NCBI RefSeq assembly: GCF_003334305.1
Contig: NZ_QOWS01000009.1
Length of the DNA: 64,000 nt
Source: Escherichia coli
Lineage (GTDB): Bacteria > Pseudomonadota > Gammaproteobacteria > Enterobacterales > Enterobacteriaceae
Direction: 5' to 3' (one strand)
Position 1 is the first letter of the stretch, and every line of letters starts with the position of its first letter. Below, piece by piece: positions 10,894 to 22,296 of the stretch. A model generated the notes under the pieces. That model worked only from the letters and a program-made list of their open reading frames with translations. It did not search any database and had not been told where the DNA came from. The position numbers were made by a program, and so were the translations under genes.

Positions 10894-12084
10894 ATGAGTG
10901 AATTTATTGCCGAAAACCGCGGCGCGGATGCCATCACCCGACCGAACTGGTCAGCCGTTTTCTCGGTGGCGTTTTGTGTCGCCTGTCTGATTATCGTTGA
11001 GTTTTTGCCCGTCAGTTTGTTGACGCCAATGGCCCAGGATTTAGGCATTTCGGAAGGGGTTGCCGGGCAATCGGTGACCGTGACCGCCTTTGTGGCAATG
11101 TTTGCCAGTTTGTTTATTACCCAGACAATTCAGGCCACTGACCGCCGCTACGTTGTTATTTTGTTTGCCGTTTTGCTGACGCTCTCCTGCTTGCTGGTTT
11201 CCTTTGCTAACTCATTCAGTTTGCTTTTAATCGGTCGTGCCTGTCTGGGGCTGGCGCTGGGCGGGTTCTGGGCGATGTCGGCGTCGCTGACCATGCGTCT
11301 GGTACCGCCGCGTACGGTGCCGAAGGCGCTGTCGGTGATCTTCGGCGCGGTTTCTATTGCGCTGGTGATTGCCGCGCCGTTGGGCAGTTTTTTAGGCGAG
11401 CTTATCGGTTGGCGCAATGTCTTTAATGCGGCGGCGGTGATGGGCGTGCTGTGTATTTTCTGGATTATCAAATCATTGCCTTCACTGCCAGGCGAACCCT
11501 CGCATCAGAAACAAAATACTTTCCGCTTATTACAACGTCCGGGTGTGATGGCAGGGATGATCGCCATCTTCATGTCTTTCGCCGGGCAGTTTGCTTTCTT
11601 CACGTATATTCGCCCGGTGTATATGAACCTGGCGGGATTCGGCGTGGATGGCTTAACGCTGGTGCTGTTGAGTTTTGGTATCGCCAGCTTTATTGGTACG
11701 TCGCTTTCGTCGTTCATTCTTAAACGTTCGGTAAAACTGGCCTTAGCAGGCGCGCCGTTAATACTGGCTGTGAGTGCGTTGGTACTGACGTTGTGGGGAA
11801 GCGATAAAATCGTTGCTACCGGCGTGGCGATTATCTGGGGGCTAACTTTTGCATTGGTTCCCGTCGGCTGGTCAACGTGGATCACCCGCTCGCTGGCCGA
11901 TCAGGCAGAAAAAGCCGGGTCTATTCAGGTGGCGGTTATTCAGCTTGCTAATACCTGTGGCGCGGCAATCGGCGGTTATGCGCTGGATAATATTGGTCTG
12001 ACTTCGCCGTTGATGTTGTCCGGCACATTGATGTTGCTGACTGCATTGTTGGTTACTGCAAAGGTGAAAATGAAGAAATCCTGA
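10894..12084 (+). CDS. nepI: Purine ribonucleoside efflux pump NepI (MFS)
   Basis: 396 aa from internal ATG ([20 protein letters not shown]...) of ORF 10729..12084. Confidence 0.9.
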   Translation: MSEFIAENRGADAITRPNWSAVFSVAFCVACLIIVEFLPVSLLTPMAQDLGISEGVAGQSVTVTAFVAMFASLFITQTIQATDRRYVVILFAVLLTLSCLLVSFANSFSLLLIGRACLGLALGGFWAMSASLTMRLVPPRTVPKALSVIFGAVSIALVIAAPLGSFLGELIGWRNVFNAAAVMGVLCIFWIIKSLPSLPGEPSHQKQNTFRLLQRPGVMAGMIAIFMSFAGQFAFFTYIRPVYMNLAGFGVDGLTLVLLSFGIASFIGTSLSSFILKRSVKLALAGAPLILAVSALVLTLWGSDKIVATGVAIIWGLTFALVPVGWSTWITRSLADQAEKAGSIQVAVIQLANTCGAAIGGYALDNIGLTSPLMLSGTLMLLTALLVTAKVKMKKS

Positions 12085-12124
12085 TATCAGGTAAAGAAGC
12101 GTTGGTCAGTAGTTGTTGCTGTTC

Positions 12125-12418
12125 TTACATATCCGGGCATTCTACCTTACCCAACGCTTCCCAATAATTGCTCTGATTATTACGTTCCATCGCCACGATG
12201 GCCTCGCGTATATGTTGTTTATTGTTTTCATCTGACAACATTAACTTTTCCCACGCTTCATCTGATAATGACGCCTGTGGCGTGCAAATTTTACGTAAAT
12301 CTTGTAATACCGTGGTTTTCTCTTTTGCGGACTGCAGTGAGCTAAAAGGCGACTCGGCGTATACGATGCCTGGCATAGCGAAAAAAGTGAAAATAAGCAG
12401 TAGTGTCGTTGGTTTCAT
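12125..12418 (-). CDS. yicS: Small periplasmic protein YicS
   Basis: 97 aa with cleavable signal peptide (MKPTTLLLIFTFFAMPGIVYA). Confidence 0.85.
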   Translation of the reverse strand: MKPTTLLLIFTFFAMPGIVYAESPFSSLQSAKEKTTVLQDLRKICTPQASLSDEAWEKLMLSDENNKQHIREAIVAMERNNQSNYWEALGKVECPDM

Positions 12419-12639
12419 GGATTCAACCTTTTACAAATGTGTATCGAATGAAGCATAAGTGTAGTTTGCTTTCATCGCTCTCATCATGCTGTACGAAACG
12501 CGCTTGCGTGGTCAGTAAGAAGTGCCAGACTTTATATTCCACTTTTATTCCTTTTTATTCTTATCGATAGCGTTTCGTTTTTTAAACCGCAGCGACCTTA
12601 CCGCTATAGTCAGGTAATCATTAATAAAAGGATAAAAAA

Positions 12640-13458
12640 ATGAAACTGACAACACATCATCTACGGACAGGGGCCGCATTATTGCTGGCCGGAATTCTGC
12701 TGGCAGGTTGCGACCAGAGTAGCAGCGATGCAAAACACATTAAAGTTGGCGTTATAAATGGCGCAGAACAAGATGTCGCGGAAGTCGCTAAAAAGGTGGC
12801 AAAAGAGAAATATGGCCTCGATGTTGAACTGGTAGGATTTAGCGGTTCGTTGCTACCGAACGATGCGACAAATCATGGCGAACTTGATGCGAATGTCTTC
12901 CAGCATCGACCCTTTCTTGAACAAGATAATCAGGCGCATGGTTATAAACTGGTAGCGGTGGGAAATACGTTTGTCTTCCCTATGGCGGGTTATTCCAAAA
13001 AAATCAAAACCGTGGCGCAAATAAAAGAAGGCGCGACAGTGGCGATCCCCAACGACCCGACCAACCTTGGTCGCGCACTTTTACTGTTGCAAAAAGAGAA
13101 GCTAATTACTCTGAAAGAGGGAAAAGGGTTATTACCTACCGCGCTGGATATAACCGATAATCCTCGTCATTTGCAGATTATGGAACTCGAGGGGGCGCAG
13201 CTTCCGCGCGTACTGGATGATCCCAAAGTTGATGTAGCGATTATCAGCACCACTTACATTCAGCAGACAGGGCTTTCTCCGGTGCACGACAGCGTATTTA
13301 TTGAAGATAAAAATTCGCCGTATGTGAATATTTTGGTGGCACGGGAAGATAATAAGAATGCAGAAAACGTGAAGGAATTTCTGCAATCTTATCAATCATC
13401 CGAAGTCGCTAAAGCGGCAGAAACCATCTTTAACGGTGGCGCGGTGCCTGGCTGGTAA
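12640..13458 (+). CDS. nlpA: Lipoprotein-28 NlpA (methionine-binding lipoprotein family)
   Basis: 272 aa, lipobox LLAGC after signal peptide. Confidence 0.95.
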   Translation: MKLTTHHLRTGAALLLAGILLAGCDQSSSDAKHIKVGVINGAEQDVAEVAKKVAKEKYGLDVELVGFSGSLLPNDATNHGELDANVFQHRPFLEQDNQAHGYKLVAVGNTFVFPMAGYSKKIKTVAQIKEGATVAIPNDPTNLGRALLLLQKEKLITLKEGKGLLPTALDITDNPRHLQIMELEGAQLPRVLDDPKVDVAIISTTYIQQTGLSPVHDSVFIEDKNSPYVNILVAREDNKNAENVKEFLQSYQSSEVAKAAETIFNGGAVPGW

Positions 13459-13461
13459 TTC

Positions 13462-14385
13462 TCACTCATCCCGCGCCGGACGATTTATTTTTCTGGCGCG
13501 GCGACGGGAATCCATTGAAATCAAAATTACCGATGACAGAATCAGCAGCGTTCCCAGCCAGTCCGGTAATGTGAACGTGATCCCCAGCAACAGCAAAGAG
13601 AGTAGCGCGCTACTTAATGGTTCTGCACAGCTCAAAATGCTGGCTTTTGGACCGCCAATTAATTGTGCTCCTTTCAGGTACAGACTAAATGTCAGGGACG
13701 TACCAATGACGATCAAATAAAAAAACGCCAAAATCAAACTGCCGTTAACGACAAAGTTTGTCCCTTGTCTGGCATAAAAAGGCAACAGAATCAGACCGCC
13801 GATCAGCATACTCCAGCCGACGACAGACAACGTGCCATAGCGGGCAATTAGCGTTGAGGGATAGGTGGTATAGAATGCAGCAGCAAATGCCGAGGCAATG
13901 CCCCAGAACAACGCGGCAGGAGAGATCGATAATGACGTCGGATTACCGTGTGTCACCAATAAAAAAGTCCCGACCAGCGATGTCAAAATAGCGCAGAAAA
14001 CCAGAATGCCCGGGCGCGATTTACGCACCAGTGAGAACCAGGCGACGATAATCGTCGGTGAGAGGAATTGCAGCACCGTTGCCGTGGCTGCGTTCGATTT
14101 TTCGATGGTTAGCAAAAAAGTGAGCTGTACAGTTAGCGCGCCAACCACGGAAAAAATCAGCAGGCTAATGGCATCTTTATGATTGTTAATAATAGAAAAG
14201 ATTTTATCGCCATGAACAAATGACAGCGTCAGTAGAATCAAACCGGCGAATATCAAACGCGTCATAGTCAAAAACTGCGACGACATCTGGCTTTGCTCCA
14301 TGATGTATTGCGCGCAGACCCCTGAACTTCCCCACAACACGGCGGCAATCAGAACGTTCAGCATCCCCTTTCTGGTGGAACCCAT
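13462..14385 (-). CDS. yicL: EamA/DMT family transporter YicL
   Basis: 307 aa, 10-TM DMT-type pattern; convergent with nlpA with a 3-nt gap. Confidence 0.9.
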   Translation of the reverse strand: MGSTRKGMLNVLIAAVLWGSSGVCAQYIMEQSQMSSQFLTMTRLIFAGLILLTLSFVHGDKIFSIINNHKDAISLLIFSVVGALTVQLTFLLTIEKSNAATATVLQFLSPTIIVAWFSLVRKSRPGILVFCAILTSLVGTFLLVTHGNPTSLSISPAALFWGIASAFAAAFYTTYPSTLIARYGTLSVVGWSMLIGGLILLPFYARQGTNFVVNGSLILAFFYLIVIGTSLTFSLYLKGAQLIGGPKASILSCAEPLSSALLSLLLLGITFTLPDWLGTLLILSSVILISMDSRRRARKINRPARDE

Positions 14386-14495
14386 TTTTCCCTCTGCATA
14401 CTGTTTTGTCGTTTATGTATGCAGGCATGATAGCAAAAATGGCGAGGATGGCTCTGTTTGCGCCACGCCGATTTTTCTTAGCCCAGACTGGTGAG

Positions 14496-15680
14496 CTAAA
14501 TATCTTTAATAAACAGCAGGCAAATCATCGCAATACCCAACATCCCTATCGCCAGCCAGAACAACGCATGGTAGCTCCAGATTTCAACCATAATTCCGTC
14601 AACAGAGCCGGCGATAATCCAGCCGACGCGTGAAGTATTTGCATATAACGTTGTCGCAGAGCCTATTTTTTCAGGCATCAAGTCCTGAAAATAAAGCATG
14701 CCGATACCACAGAGAATACCAAGGAAGATGGCATTAAGAATTTGCAATTCCAGCTCAACCGCCGGAGTCGTCGCCATGAGTACGCTGGCGTAAAAACACA
14801 TTCCACTCACGATAGCAATGAGCATTAATAGTCGCTTGCCAATATGTTTCATGTAATAGCCTGCGATTAACATCATCGGAATTTCCAGACCGGCAGCGAT
14901 ACCAATCATTTCTCCAGCCAGTTTATCGGTTAGATGCAGTTCATCAATAATAAATAGCGGCATATTTATCATGTAGAGATTATTCGCCGCCCACATCATT
15001 GAACAGACCACAAAAAGTAGCCGCGTATCCCGCTTCCTGTGGGTGGAGGGTAAAATTTCTACGGGTTGGGTAACGACAGGAATATTTCTTTGTATTGATG
15101 GCAAAAACAACCAGACTATCAGTCCGCAAACAACAAATGCGATGGCAGCGGTGAGATACATCACTTTAAAACTAAATCCCATTGCCAGTTCATAAGCGAG
15201 CGGTGGCCCGATAACCCAGGCAAGCGAGATCTGAGCACGTAAAAATGTACTGAACATGACCGTCTCACGGCCTGTTCTGTCGGCGTGTTCACGGGCGAGG
15301 GCGAACATTTGCGGGTTTGCGGTGGAAGCAAAACTACTCAGAAGTACGCCCGTTGAGAGGAGAATGAAGTAGTTGCGATTCCACGCAAAAAGCGTGCAGG
15401 CCAGCACTCCAAATAAGCAACATAGCAGAATCAGTAATTTACGGTCGCCTTGTTTATCGGAGTGCCTTGCCAGAAATTGACTGACCAGAATTCCCATAAT
15501 AGCGCTACCGGTGAAGAAAAAACCTACCATTATAGGACGGGCTTTCAGTTCATCTGCGAGGAATATACTTAGGGTAGGAGTCTGAAGAGCGCCCGCAATA
15601 CCCGTCAGAAAGGCGACAAGTAAAAATGCCGCGGCAGTGAGATCAAGTATTTTTGATGGAGTGGTAGCCGTTTTTTGCAT
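14496..15680 (-). CDS. setC: Sugar efflux transporter SetC (MFS)
   Basis: 394-aa MFS protein; SetA/SetB-like. Confidence 0.88.
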   Translation of the reverse strand: MQKTATTPSKILDLTAAAFLLVAFLTGIAGALQTPTLSIFLADELKARPIMVGFFFTGSAIMGILVSQFLARHSDKQGDRKLLILLCCLFGVLACTLFAWNRNYFILLSTGVLLSSFASTANPQMFALAREHADRTGRETVMFSTFLRAQISLAWVIGPPLAYELAMGFSFKVMYLTAAIAFVVCGLIVWLFLPSIQRNIPVVTQPVEILPSTHRKRDTRLLFVVCSMMWAANNLYMINMPLFIIDELHLTDKLAGEMIGIAAGLEIPMMLIAGYYMKHIGKRLLMLIAIVSGMCFYASVLMATTPAVELELQILNAIFLGILCGIGMLYFQDLMPEKIGSATTLYANTSRVGWIIAGSVDGIMVEIWSYHALFWLAIGMLGIAMICLLFIKDI

Positions 15681-16316
15681 TCTTCTGAATCACCGGGCGA
15701 AAAAATATAACTGAGTTACAAATAAGTACCAGTCGAATGAGTATTGTATTAAGAATTTTTGAGTATCGCTGATACAACCAGAAAGCAATGCTAGCGCAAT
15801 ATTATAGGGCCAGCAATTGAGATTATTAGCAAAAGCATGTTAAGAATTAATTACCGAATTTATATATTAATTATAGTAAGGCAATGAGCTATTTTTGATA
15901 GTAAAAATAAAACAAGTTGATTTGATATATTAAATGAACAAATTAATCTTGATGGCAGTCTGATTATTGGTGAAGTTTATAGTCAGTTTTTTTCGCCAGC
16001 GGTTAAAGAAATAGAATAGTCGTATAAAAAAGGGTGTTCTGGGGCGAGTAAAACAACATCTTCACCTTAATGGCGATACAGTTGGCTGAGAGTCAGCAGG
16101 GGGGCAAATCACCTGCAAATAAACACGGCGCATACTGGCGTGAATATCGCGGATGCGTTCGAGGACAGAAGAACCGACAGGCGGATTCTTCAGCCGCTCA
16201 TCGTCCATCACAAAACCTTAGACCAGGTATTCCTGAAGCCGATTGAATATTGAGCAGTAGAAAATATCTGGATTGACAGTATTACAAGGGGTTGGAGAAC
16301 GTCAGGAGAGGCATTT

Positions 16317-16411
16317 TGGCGGAAGATCACAGGAGTCGAACCTGCCCGGGACCGCTGGCGGCCCCAACTGGATTTGAAGTCCAGCCGCCTCACCGGAGAC
16401 GACGATCTTCC
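16317..16411 (-). tRNA. selC: tRNA-Sec (selenocysteine tRNA, UCA anticodon)
   Basis: Reverse complement reads GGAAGATCGTCGTCTCCGGTGAGGCGGCTGGACTTCAAATCCAGTTGGGGCCGCCAGCGGTCCCGGGCAGGTTCGACTCCTGTGATCTTCCGCCA, a 95-nt match to E. coli selC with encoded CCA. Confidence 0.97.
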
Positions 16412-16703
16412 GCGCCTCGATTGCTACATGGAGGCGGGGCGCATTATAGCTACTTCCTTGAGTTTCTACATCCCCCAGATCAGTTTTTTCCGCCTAATAC
16501 ACGCAGCGTATTATCACGAAAGCATTATAGTTCATATAAAACCCATATTTTACAATGATATATGAGCGGAATTAACGCTACCACGATCACATAAAACAAG
16601 AATCATAAATTAATAACCAGATATCGGAATATTCGCTCTCACAGGGATGGTTTACAAAATGCGTTATCGGTCTCAGCACCCCTATAGCATCAAGGAAAAG
16701 CAG

Positions 16704-18086
16704 ATGAAGAGTGAAGTGTTGTCCGTTAAAGAGAAAATTGGTTATGGCATGGGAGACGCCGCCAGCCACATTATTTTCGATAACGTAATGTTATATATGA
16801 TGTTCTTTTATACCGATATTTTTGGCATTCCTGCCGGTTTTGTCGGAACCATGTTTTTGGTCGCTCGTGCACTGGATGCGATTTCCGATCCTTGCATGGG
16901 GTTGTTGGCCGATCGAACGCGCTCTCGCTGGGGTAAATTTCGTCCGTGGGTACTGTTTGGCGCACTGCCATTCGGGATCGTCTGTGTACTGGCCTATAGC
17001 ACGCCAGATCTCAGTATGAACGGCAAAATGATCTATGCAGCAATTACTTACACCCTACTTACCTTACTTTATACCGTCGTCAATATCCCTTACTGCGCAT
17101 TGGGTGGTGTAATCACCAATGACCCGACTCAGCGTATCTCGCTGCAATCCTGGCGTTTTGTGCTGGCGACCGCGGGAGGCATGCTTTCTACTGTTCTGAT
17201 GATGCCACTGGTTAATTTAATTGGCGGTGATAATAAACCACTCGGTTTCCAGGGCGGTATCGCGGTCCTTTCCGTGGTGGCATTCATGATGCTGGCATTT
17301 TGTTTCTTCACCACTAAAGAACGCGTTGAAGCACCACCTACAACAACGTCTATGCGGGAAGATTTACGTGATATCTGGCAAAACGACCAGTGGCGGATTG
17401 TCGGTTTACTAACCATTTTCAATATCCTGGCGGTGTGCGTACGCGGTGGGGCGATGATGTATTACGTCACATGGATTTTGGGCACGCCGGAAGTGTTTGT
17501 CGCTTTTCTCACCACTTATTGCGTGGGTAACCTGATTGGTTCCGCACTGGCAAAACCTCTGACCGACTGGAAATGTAAAGTCACTATCTTCTGGTGGACG
17601 AACGCCCTGCTGGCAGTGATTAGCCTCGCGATGTTCTTTGTTCCCATGCAGGCCAGCATCACTATGTTTGTCTTCATCTTCGTGATTGGTGTGTTGCATC
17701 AACTGGTGACACCTATCCAGTGGGTAATGATGTCCGATACCGTCGACTACGGCGAGTGGTGCAATGGTAAACGCCTGACCGGGATCAGTTTTGCTGGCAC
17801 GCTGTTTGTGCTCAAACTGGGGTTGGCCTTCGGCGGCGCTCTTATCGGCTGGATGCTGGCTTATGGCGGATATGATGCGGCAGAAAAAGCGCAGAACAGC
17901 GCCACGATTAGCATCATTATTGCGCTATTCACGATTGTTCCGGCGATCTGTTATTTGCTGAGCGCGATTATCGCTAAACGCTACTACTCACTCACGACGC
18001 ACAATCTGAAAACCGTTATGGAACAGCTGGCTCAGGGTAAACGCCGTTGCCAGCAACAATTCACCTCTCAAGAAGTGCAGAACTAA
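16704..18086 (+). CDS. yicJ: GPH-family glycoside/pentoside:cation symporter YicJ
   Basis: 460 aa from internal ATG (MKSEVLSVKEKIGYGMGDAASH...) of ORF 16647..18086. Confidence 0.9.
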   Translation: MKSEVLSVKEKIGYGMGDAASHIIFDNVMLYMMFFYTDIFGIPAGFVGTMFLVARALDAISDPCMGLLADRTRSRWGKFRPWVLFGALPFGIVCVLAYSTPDLSMNGKMIYAAITYTLLTLLYTVVNIPYCALGGVITNDPTQRISLQSWRFVLATAGGMLSTVLMMPLVNLIGGDNKPLGFQGGIAVLSVVAFMMLAFCFFTTKERVEAPPTTTSMREDLRDIWQNDQWRIVGLLTIFNILAVCVRGGAMMYYVTWILGTPEVFVAFLTTYCVGNLIGSALAKPLTDWKCKVTIFWWTNALLAVISLAMFFVPMQASITMFVFIFVIGVLHQLVTPIQWVMMSDTVDYGEWCNGKRLTGISFAGTLFVLKLGLAFGGALIGWMLAYGGYDAAEKAQNSATISIIIALFTIVPAICYLLSAIIAKRYYSLTTHNLKTVMEQLAQGKRRCQQQFTSQEVQN

Positions 18087-18095
18087 GGAACGGCA

Positions 18096-20414
18096 ATGAA
18101 AATTAGCGATGGAAACTGGTTGATTCAACCTGGCCTCAATTTGATTCACCCGCTTCAGGTGTTCGAGGTTGAACAGCAGGATAATGAAATGGTGGTCTAT
18201 GCTGCCCCCCGTGATGTGCGTGAACGTACCTGGCAGCTTGATACGCCTTTATTTACGTTGCGCTTTTTCTCCCCACAGGAAGGTATTGTCGGTGTGCGGA
18301 TTGAGCATTTTCAGGGGGCGCTGAATAACGGTCCTCATTATCCGCTCAATATTTTGCAGGACGTGAAGGTCACAATCGAAAACACAGAACGTTATGCTGA
18401 GTTTAAAAGTGGCAACTTAAGCGCGCGTGTCAGCAAAGGTGAGTTCTGGTCACTGGATTTTCTGCGCAACGGCGAACGTATTACCGGTAGTCAGGTGAAA
18501 AATAATGGCTACGTGCAGGACACGAATAATCAACGCAATTATATGTTTGAGCGGCTTGATCTTGGCGTTGGCGAAACAGTTTACGGTCTGGGAGAGCGCT
18601 TTACTGCCCTGGTGCGCAATGGCCAGACGGTAGAGACCTGGAACCGGGACGGCGGCACAAGTACTGAACAGGCGTATAAAAATATCCCGTTCTACATGAC
18701 TAACCGTGGTTATGGGGTACTGGTCAATCATCCCCAGTGTGTCTCTTTTGAAGTGGGATCGGAGAAAGTCTCCAAAGTGCAGTTCAGCGTTGAGAGTGAA
18801 TATCTCGAATACTTTGTTATCGACGGCCCGACGCCGAAAGCGGTACTTGATCGTTATACCCGCTTTACTGGTCGTCCGGCGCTGCCGCCCGCGTGGTCCT
18901 TCGGCCTGTGGCTAACCACTTCATTTACCACCAACTACGACGAAGCGACGGTAAACAGCTTTATCGATGGTATGGCGGAACGCAATCTGCCGCTGCATGT
19001 TTTCCACTTTGACTGTTTCTGGATGAAAGCCTTCCAGTGGTGCGATTTTGAGTGGGACCCGCTGACTTTCCCTGACCCGGAAGGGATGATCCGCCGCCTG
19101 AAAGCGAAAGGGCTGAAAATCTGCGTCTGGATTAACCCCTATATCGGTCAAAAATCCCCCGTCTTTAAAGAGTTACAAGAGAAAGGCTATTTACTCAAAC
19201 GCCCCGACGGTTCGCTATGGCAGTGGGATAAATGGCAGCCAGGTCTGGCGATTTATGACTTTACCAATCCGGATGCCTGCAAATGGTACGCCGACAAACT
19301 GAAAGGTCTGGTCGCGATGGGCGTTGATTGCTTTAAGACCGACTTTGGCGAACGTATCCCAACTGATGTTCAGTGGTTTGACGGTTCCGATCCGCAGAAA
19401 ATGCATAACCATTATGCGTACATCTACAACGAACTGGTGTGGAACGTGCTCAAGGACACCGTTGGTGAGGAAGAAGCTGTCTTGTTTGCCCGCTCGGCCT
19501 CCGTCGGTGCGCAGAAATTCCCGGTACACTGGGGTGGCGATTGTTACGCTAACTACGAATCAATGGCGGAAAGCCTGCGCGGTGGTTTGTCTATTGGCCT
19601 TTCAGGTTTTGGCTTCTGGAGCCACGATATCGGCGGCTTTGAAAATACCGCTCCGGCGCACGTTTACAAACGCTGGTGCGCGTTTGGTTTGCTCTCCAGC
19701 CATAGCCGTTTACACGGTAGCAAATCTTATCGTGTGCCGTGGGCCTACGATGATGAGTCCTGTGATGTGGTGCGCTTCTTCACGCAACTGAAATGCCGCA
19801 TGATGCCGTATCTGTATCGTGAAGCTGCGCGTGCGAACGCGCGGGGTACGCCGATGATGCGGGCCATGATGATGGAGTTCCCGGACGATCCGGCTTGTGA
19901 TTACCTTGACCGTCAATACATGTTAGGCGACAACGTGATGGTTGCGCCGGTGTTCACTGAAGCGGGCGATGTGCAGTTCTACCTGCCGGAAGGTCGCTGG
20001 ACACACCTGTGGCACAACGATGAACTCGACGGTAGTCGCTGGCATAAACAGCAGCACGGCTTCCTGAGTCTGCCCGTTTATGTGCGTGATAACACTCTAC
20101 TGGCGCTGGGCAACAACGATCAACGTCCCGATTACGTGTGGCACGAAGGCACGGCATTCCACCTCTTTAATCTGCAAGACGGGCATGAAGCCGTCTGTGA
20201 AGTGCCCGCTACTGACGGATCGGTGATCTTTACTTTAAAAGCAGCACGTACTGGCAACACGATTACTGTGACTGGTGCGGGCGAGGCGAAGAACTGGACG
20301 CTGTGCCTGCGCAATGTTGTGAAAGTAAATGGTCTGCAAGACGGTTCGCAGGCTGAAAGTGAGCAGGGGCTGGTGGTGAAGCCTCAAGGGAATGCGCTGA
20401 CAATTACGTTGTAA
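18096..20414 (+). CDS. yicI: Alpha-xylosidase (GH31)
   Basis: 772 aa, 9 nt downstream of yicJ; GH31 catalytic region (WINPYIG.., GGDC). Confidence 0.95.
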
Positions 20415-20428
20415 TCTATTGATGGAAT

Positions 20429-20455
20429 GCCGGGTACGTCTGAGTCGTACCCGGC
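20429..20455. terminator. Hairpin terminator between convergent yicI and yicH
   Basis: GCCGGGTACG-tctgagt-CGTACCCGGC perfect 10-bp stem. Confidence 0.55.
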
Positions 20456-20466
20456 GAGATTGATGT

Positions 20467-22176
20467 TTACCGCACCGGCTCCGTCGATGTAACTTCACCG
20501 CTGGAAACGATGCCAGCATTCATGGTTTGAGTCACTTGCTGCTTTGCGGCGTTCACGGCATGCAATTGCCCGCTAACCGTAGGTTTCAACGGGACATTGG
20601 CCTGAATATCGCCACTGGCGGTAAGCTGAATATTGCCGTCGCCAGTCAACGGTAATTTAGGCCATCCCCACTGTTGCAAAATATTCACCGGCACACCGCG
20701 TCCATTCAGGCTGATATGTGTCTGACGTTGTGGCGTTTGTGAAACACTGGCGGTGGCTTCCAGAATGCCTTTTTCAGTAAATGCACTCAGTTCGCTGATA
20801 TTCACCGTGCTGCTGTTGGCGGTCAGCGCCAGCGACGGGCGACGAACATCAACACGATTGAATGTCGCGGCGGCGGCATTCAGATTCGCCGAGCCACTCC
20901 AGACGCCCCATTTATGATCGGTAACCAGCGTCAGGTTGGCACCGTAACCATCGAGCGTGGTGAGCTGCCACGGGAAGTCAGGGTCGATATCAATGATCAG
21001 ATTGCGGCTGGCGCTAAATCTCTTCAGTTGCAGGCTGTTTAACCAACCGGGTGTCGTTTCCATCCACAACTGTTGCCAGTTTTTCGGCAAGGTATATTCC
21101 AGCCCGGCAATTGCCGCATCATCAAGGATCAACGTTTTCCCGTCACGCAGCCAGTTCCCTGACGTTCTGACCATACCCCCTTCCCAGCGGCTGGTGAACT
21201 GGCGCAGCGCTACGCCCTGCGGGGAAAATTCCGCGTTTATAATCGGGTCAAATAAATGCAGCGAACCATAAATGAACTCTCTAGCGTTCATCGACAGTTT
21301 GCCTTCTTGTGTCTGCCAGTCATCTTTACTGAAGGTCATGTTGCGCAAGCTGAGATCGAGGTCGGTCACCGCCCAGTCCGGACCTTGCAAACGAGCATCG
21401 ATCACTTCCAGGCGACCAATCTGCAACGACGGGACAGAGCGTAATGGCGCAAAGAAGTCGGTTAGCGATTTTTCGCTTTGTAGACGTATATCCGCCATGC
21501 GCAGGTTTTCCACTTGCCAGCTGCCGTCGGCGTTACGCTGCGCGTTTCCGGTTAATGTCCCGCGGGCGATGTCGGCACCCAGGTTAGTCAGCGTAACGCG
21601 ATCATTATCAATACTGCCTTCAATCAGTACATTGGTGGCAGGAACATCATTGAGCGAAAGCGATCCGGCACTAAACTGAATCTGCGCCTTCGTACCCAGC
21701 ACTTTACCGGCTTCTGGTGACCACGGAACCACGCCGCCATTTACCCGCTGCGCGCTCAGTTTCCATTCGCTATTCGGGCTATTAAACGCCATATCACGCA
21801 GTTGCAGACGATCGGCTTTGAACGGTAGCGGCGCGGTCTGGTCGGTGAGATTCAGCGTCCCGTTTTCCAGCAGGATGGTATCGACATGGCGTGGTTCGGT
21901 CAGTTGCCGACTGCTTAGCGCAATGTCGACACTTTTTGCCACCAGGGTCGCGGGCTGACCATCACGACCAAACGTGACGTTCTCCAGCACGATATGAGAT
22001 GGCGCGGAAAAACGGTGATCCATCGCCCCGAAGGCCAGATGATAGTCGCTATTCTCGGAAACCCATGCGCTGATATGTTCTGCTCCCCAGCGGGTTTGCA
22101 GAAGAAAATAGAGGCCAGCGATCACCACTAACAGAGCGATGAGAATGTAGAGAAGCAGCTTCCCAATAAATTTCAT
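20467..22176 (-). CDS. yicH: AsmA-family outer-membrane biogenesis protein YicH
   Basis: 569 aa from internal ATG (MKFIGKLLLYILIALLVVIAG...) of ORF 20467..22200; N-terminal anchor. Confidence 0.9.
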   Translation of the reverse strand: MKFIGKLLLYILIALLVVIAGLYFLLQTRWGAEHISAWVSENSDYHLAFGAMDHRFSAPSHIVLENVTFGRDGQPATLVAKSVDIALSSRQLTEPRHVDTILLENGTLNLTDQTAPLPFKADRLQLRDMAFNSPNSEWKLSAQRVNGGVVPWSPEAGKVLGTKAQIQFSAGSLSLNDVPATNVLIEGSIDNDRVTLTNLGADIARGTLTGNAQRNADGSWQVENLRMADIRLQSEKSLTDFFAPLRSVPSLQIGRLEVIDARLQGPDWAVTDLDLSLRNMTFSKDDWQTQEGKLSMNAREFIYGSLHLFDPIINAEFSPQGVALRQFTSRWEGGMVRTSGNWLRDGKTLILDDAAIAGLEYTLPKNWQQLWMETTPGWLNSLQLKRFSASRNLIIDIDPDFPWQLTTLDGYGANLTLVTDHKWGVWSGSANLNAAAATFNRVDVRRPSLALTANSSTVNISELSAFTEKGILEATASVSQTPQRQTHISLNGRGVPVNILQQWGWPKLPLTGDGNIQLTASGDIQANVPLKPTVSGQLHAVNAAKQQVTQTMNAGIVSSGEVTSTEPVR

Positions 22177-22296
22177 GGTCTTCCATCCCGTGAAATGCAC
22201 ATAAGGGAGTTATGCACGATTTACGCGCAATCCTCAAGGCGGGAATGGTGAAAGAGGTGAGACTGCGGCGGTAATTATCTTACCGCCGCCAGTGAA

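Noticed and set aside
12198-12458. 86-aa plus-strand ORF
   Set aside because: Antisense to yicS, which has a clear signal peptide and a conserved 97-aa frame
15681-16316. Possible island remnant or mobile element at the selC 3' flank
   Set aside because: No integrase or transposase ORF, no direct repeat of the selC 3' end seen by eye, and the spacer length is ordinary; treated as an empty site
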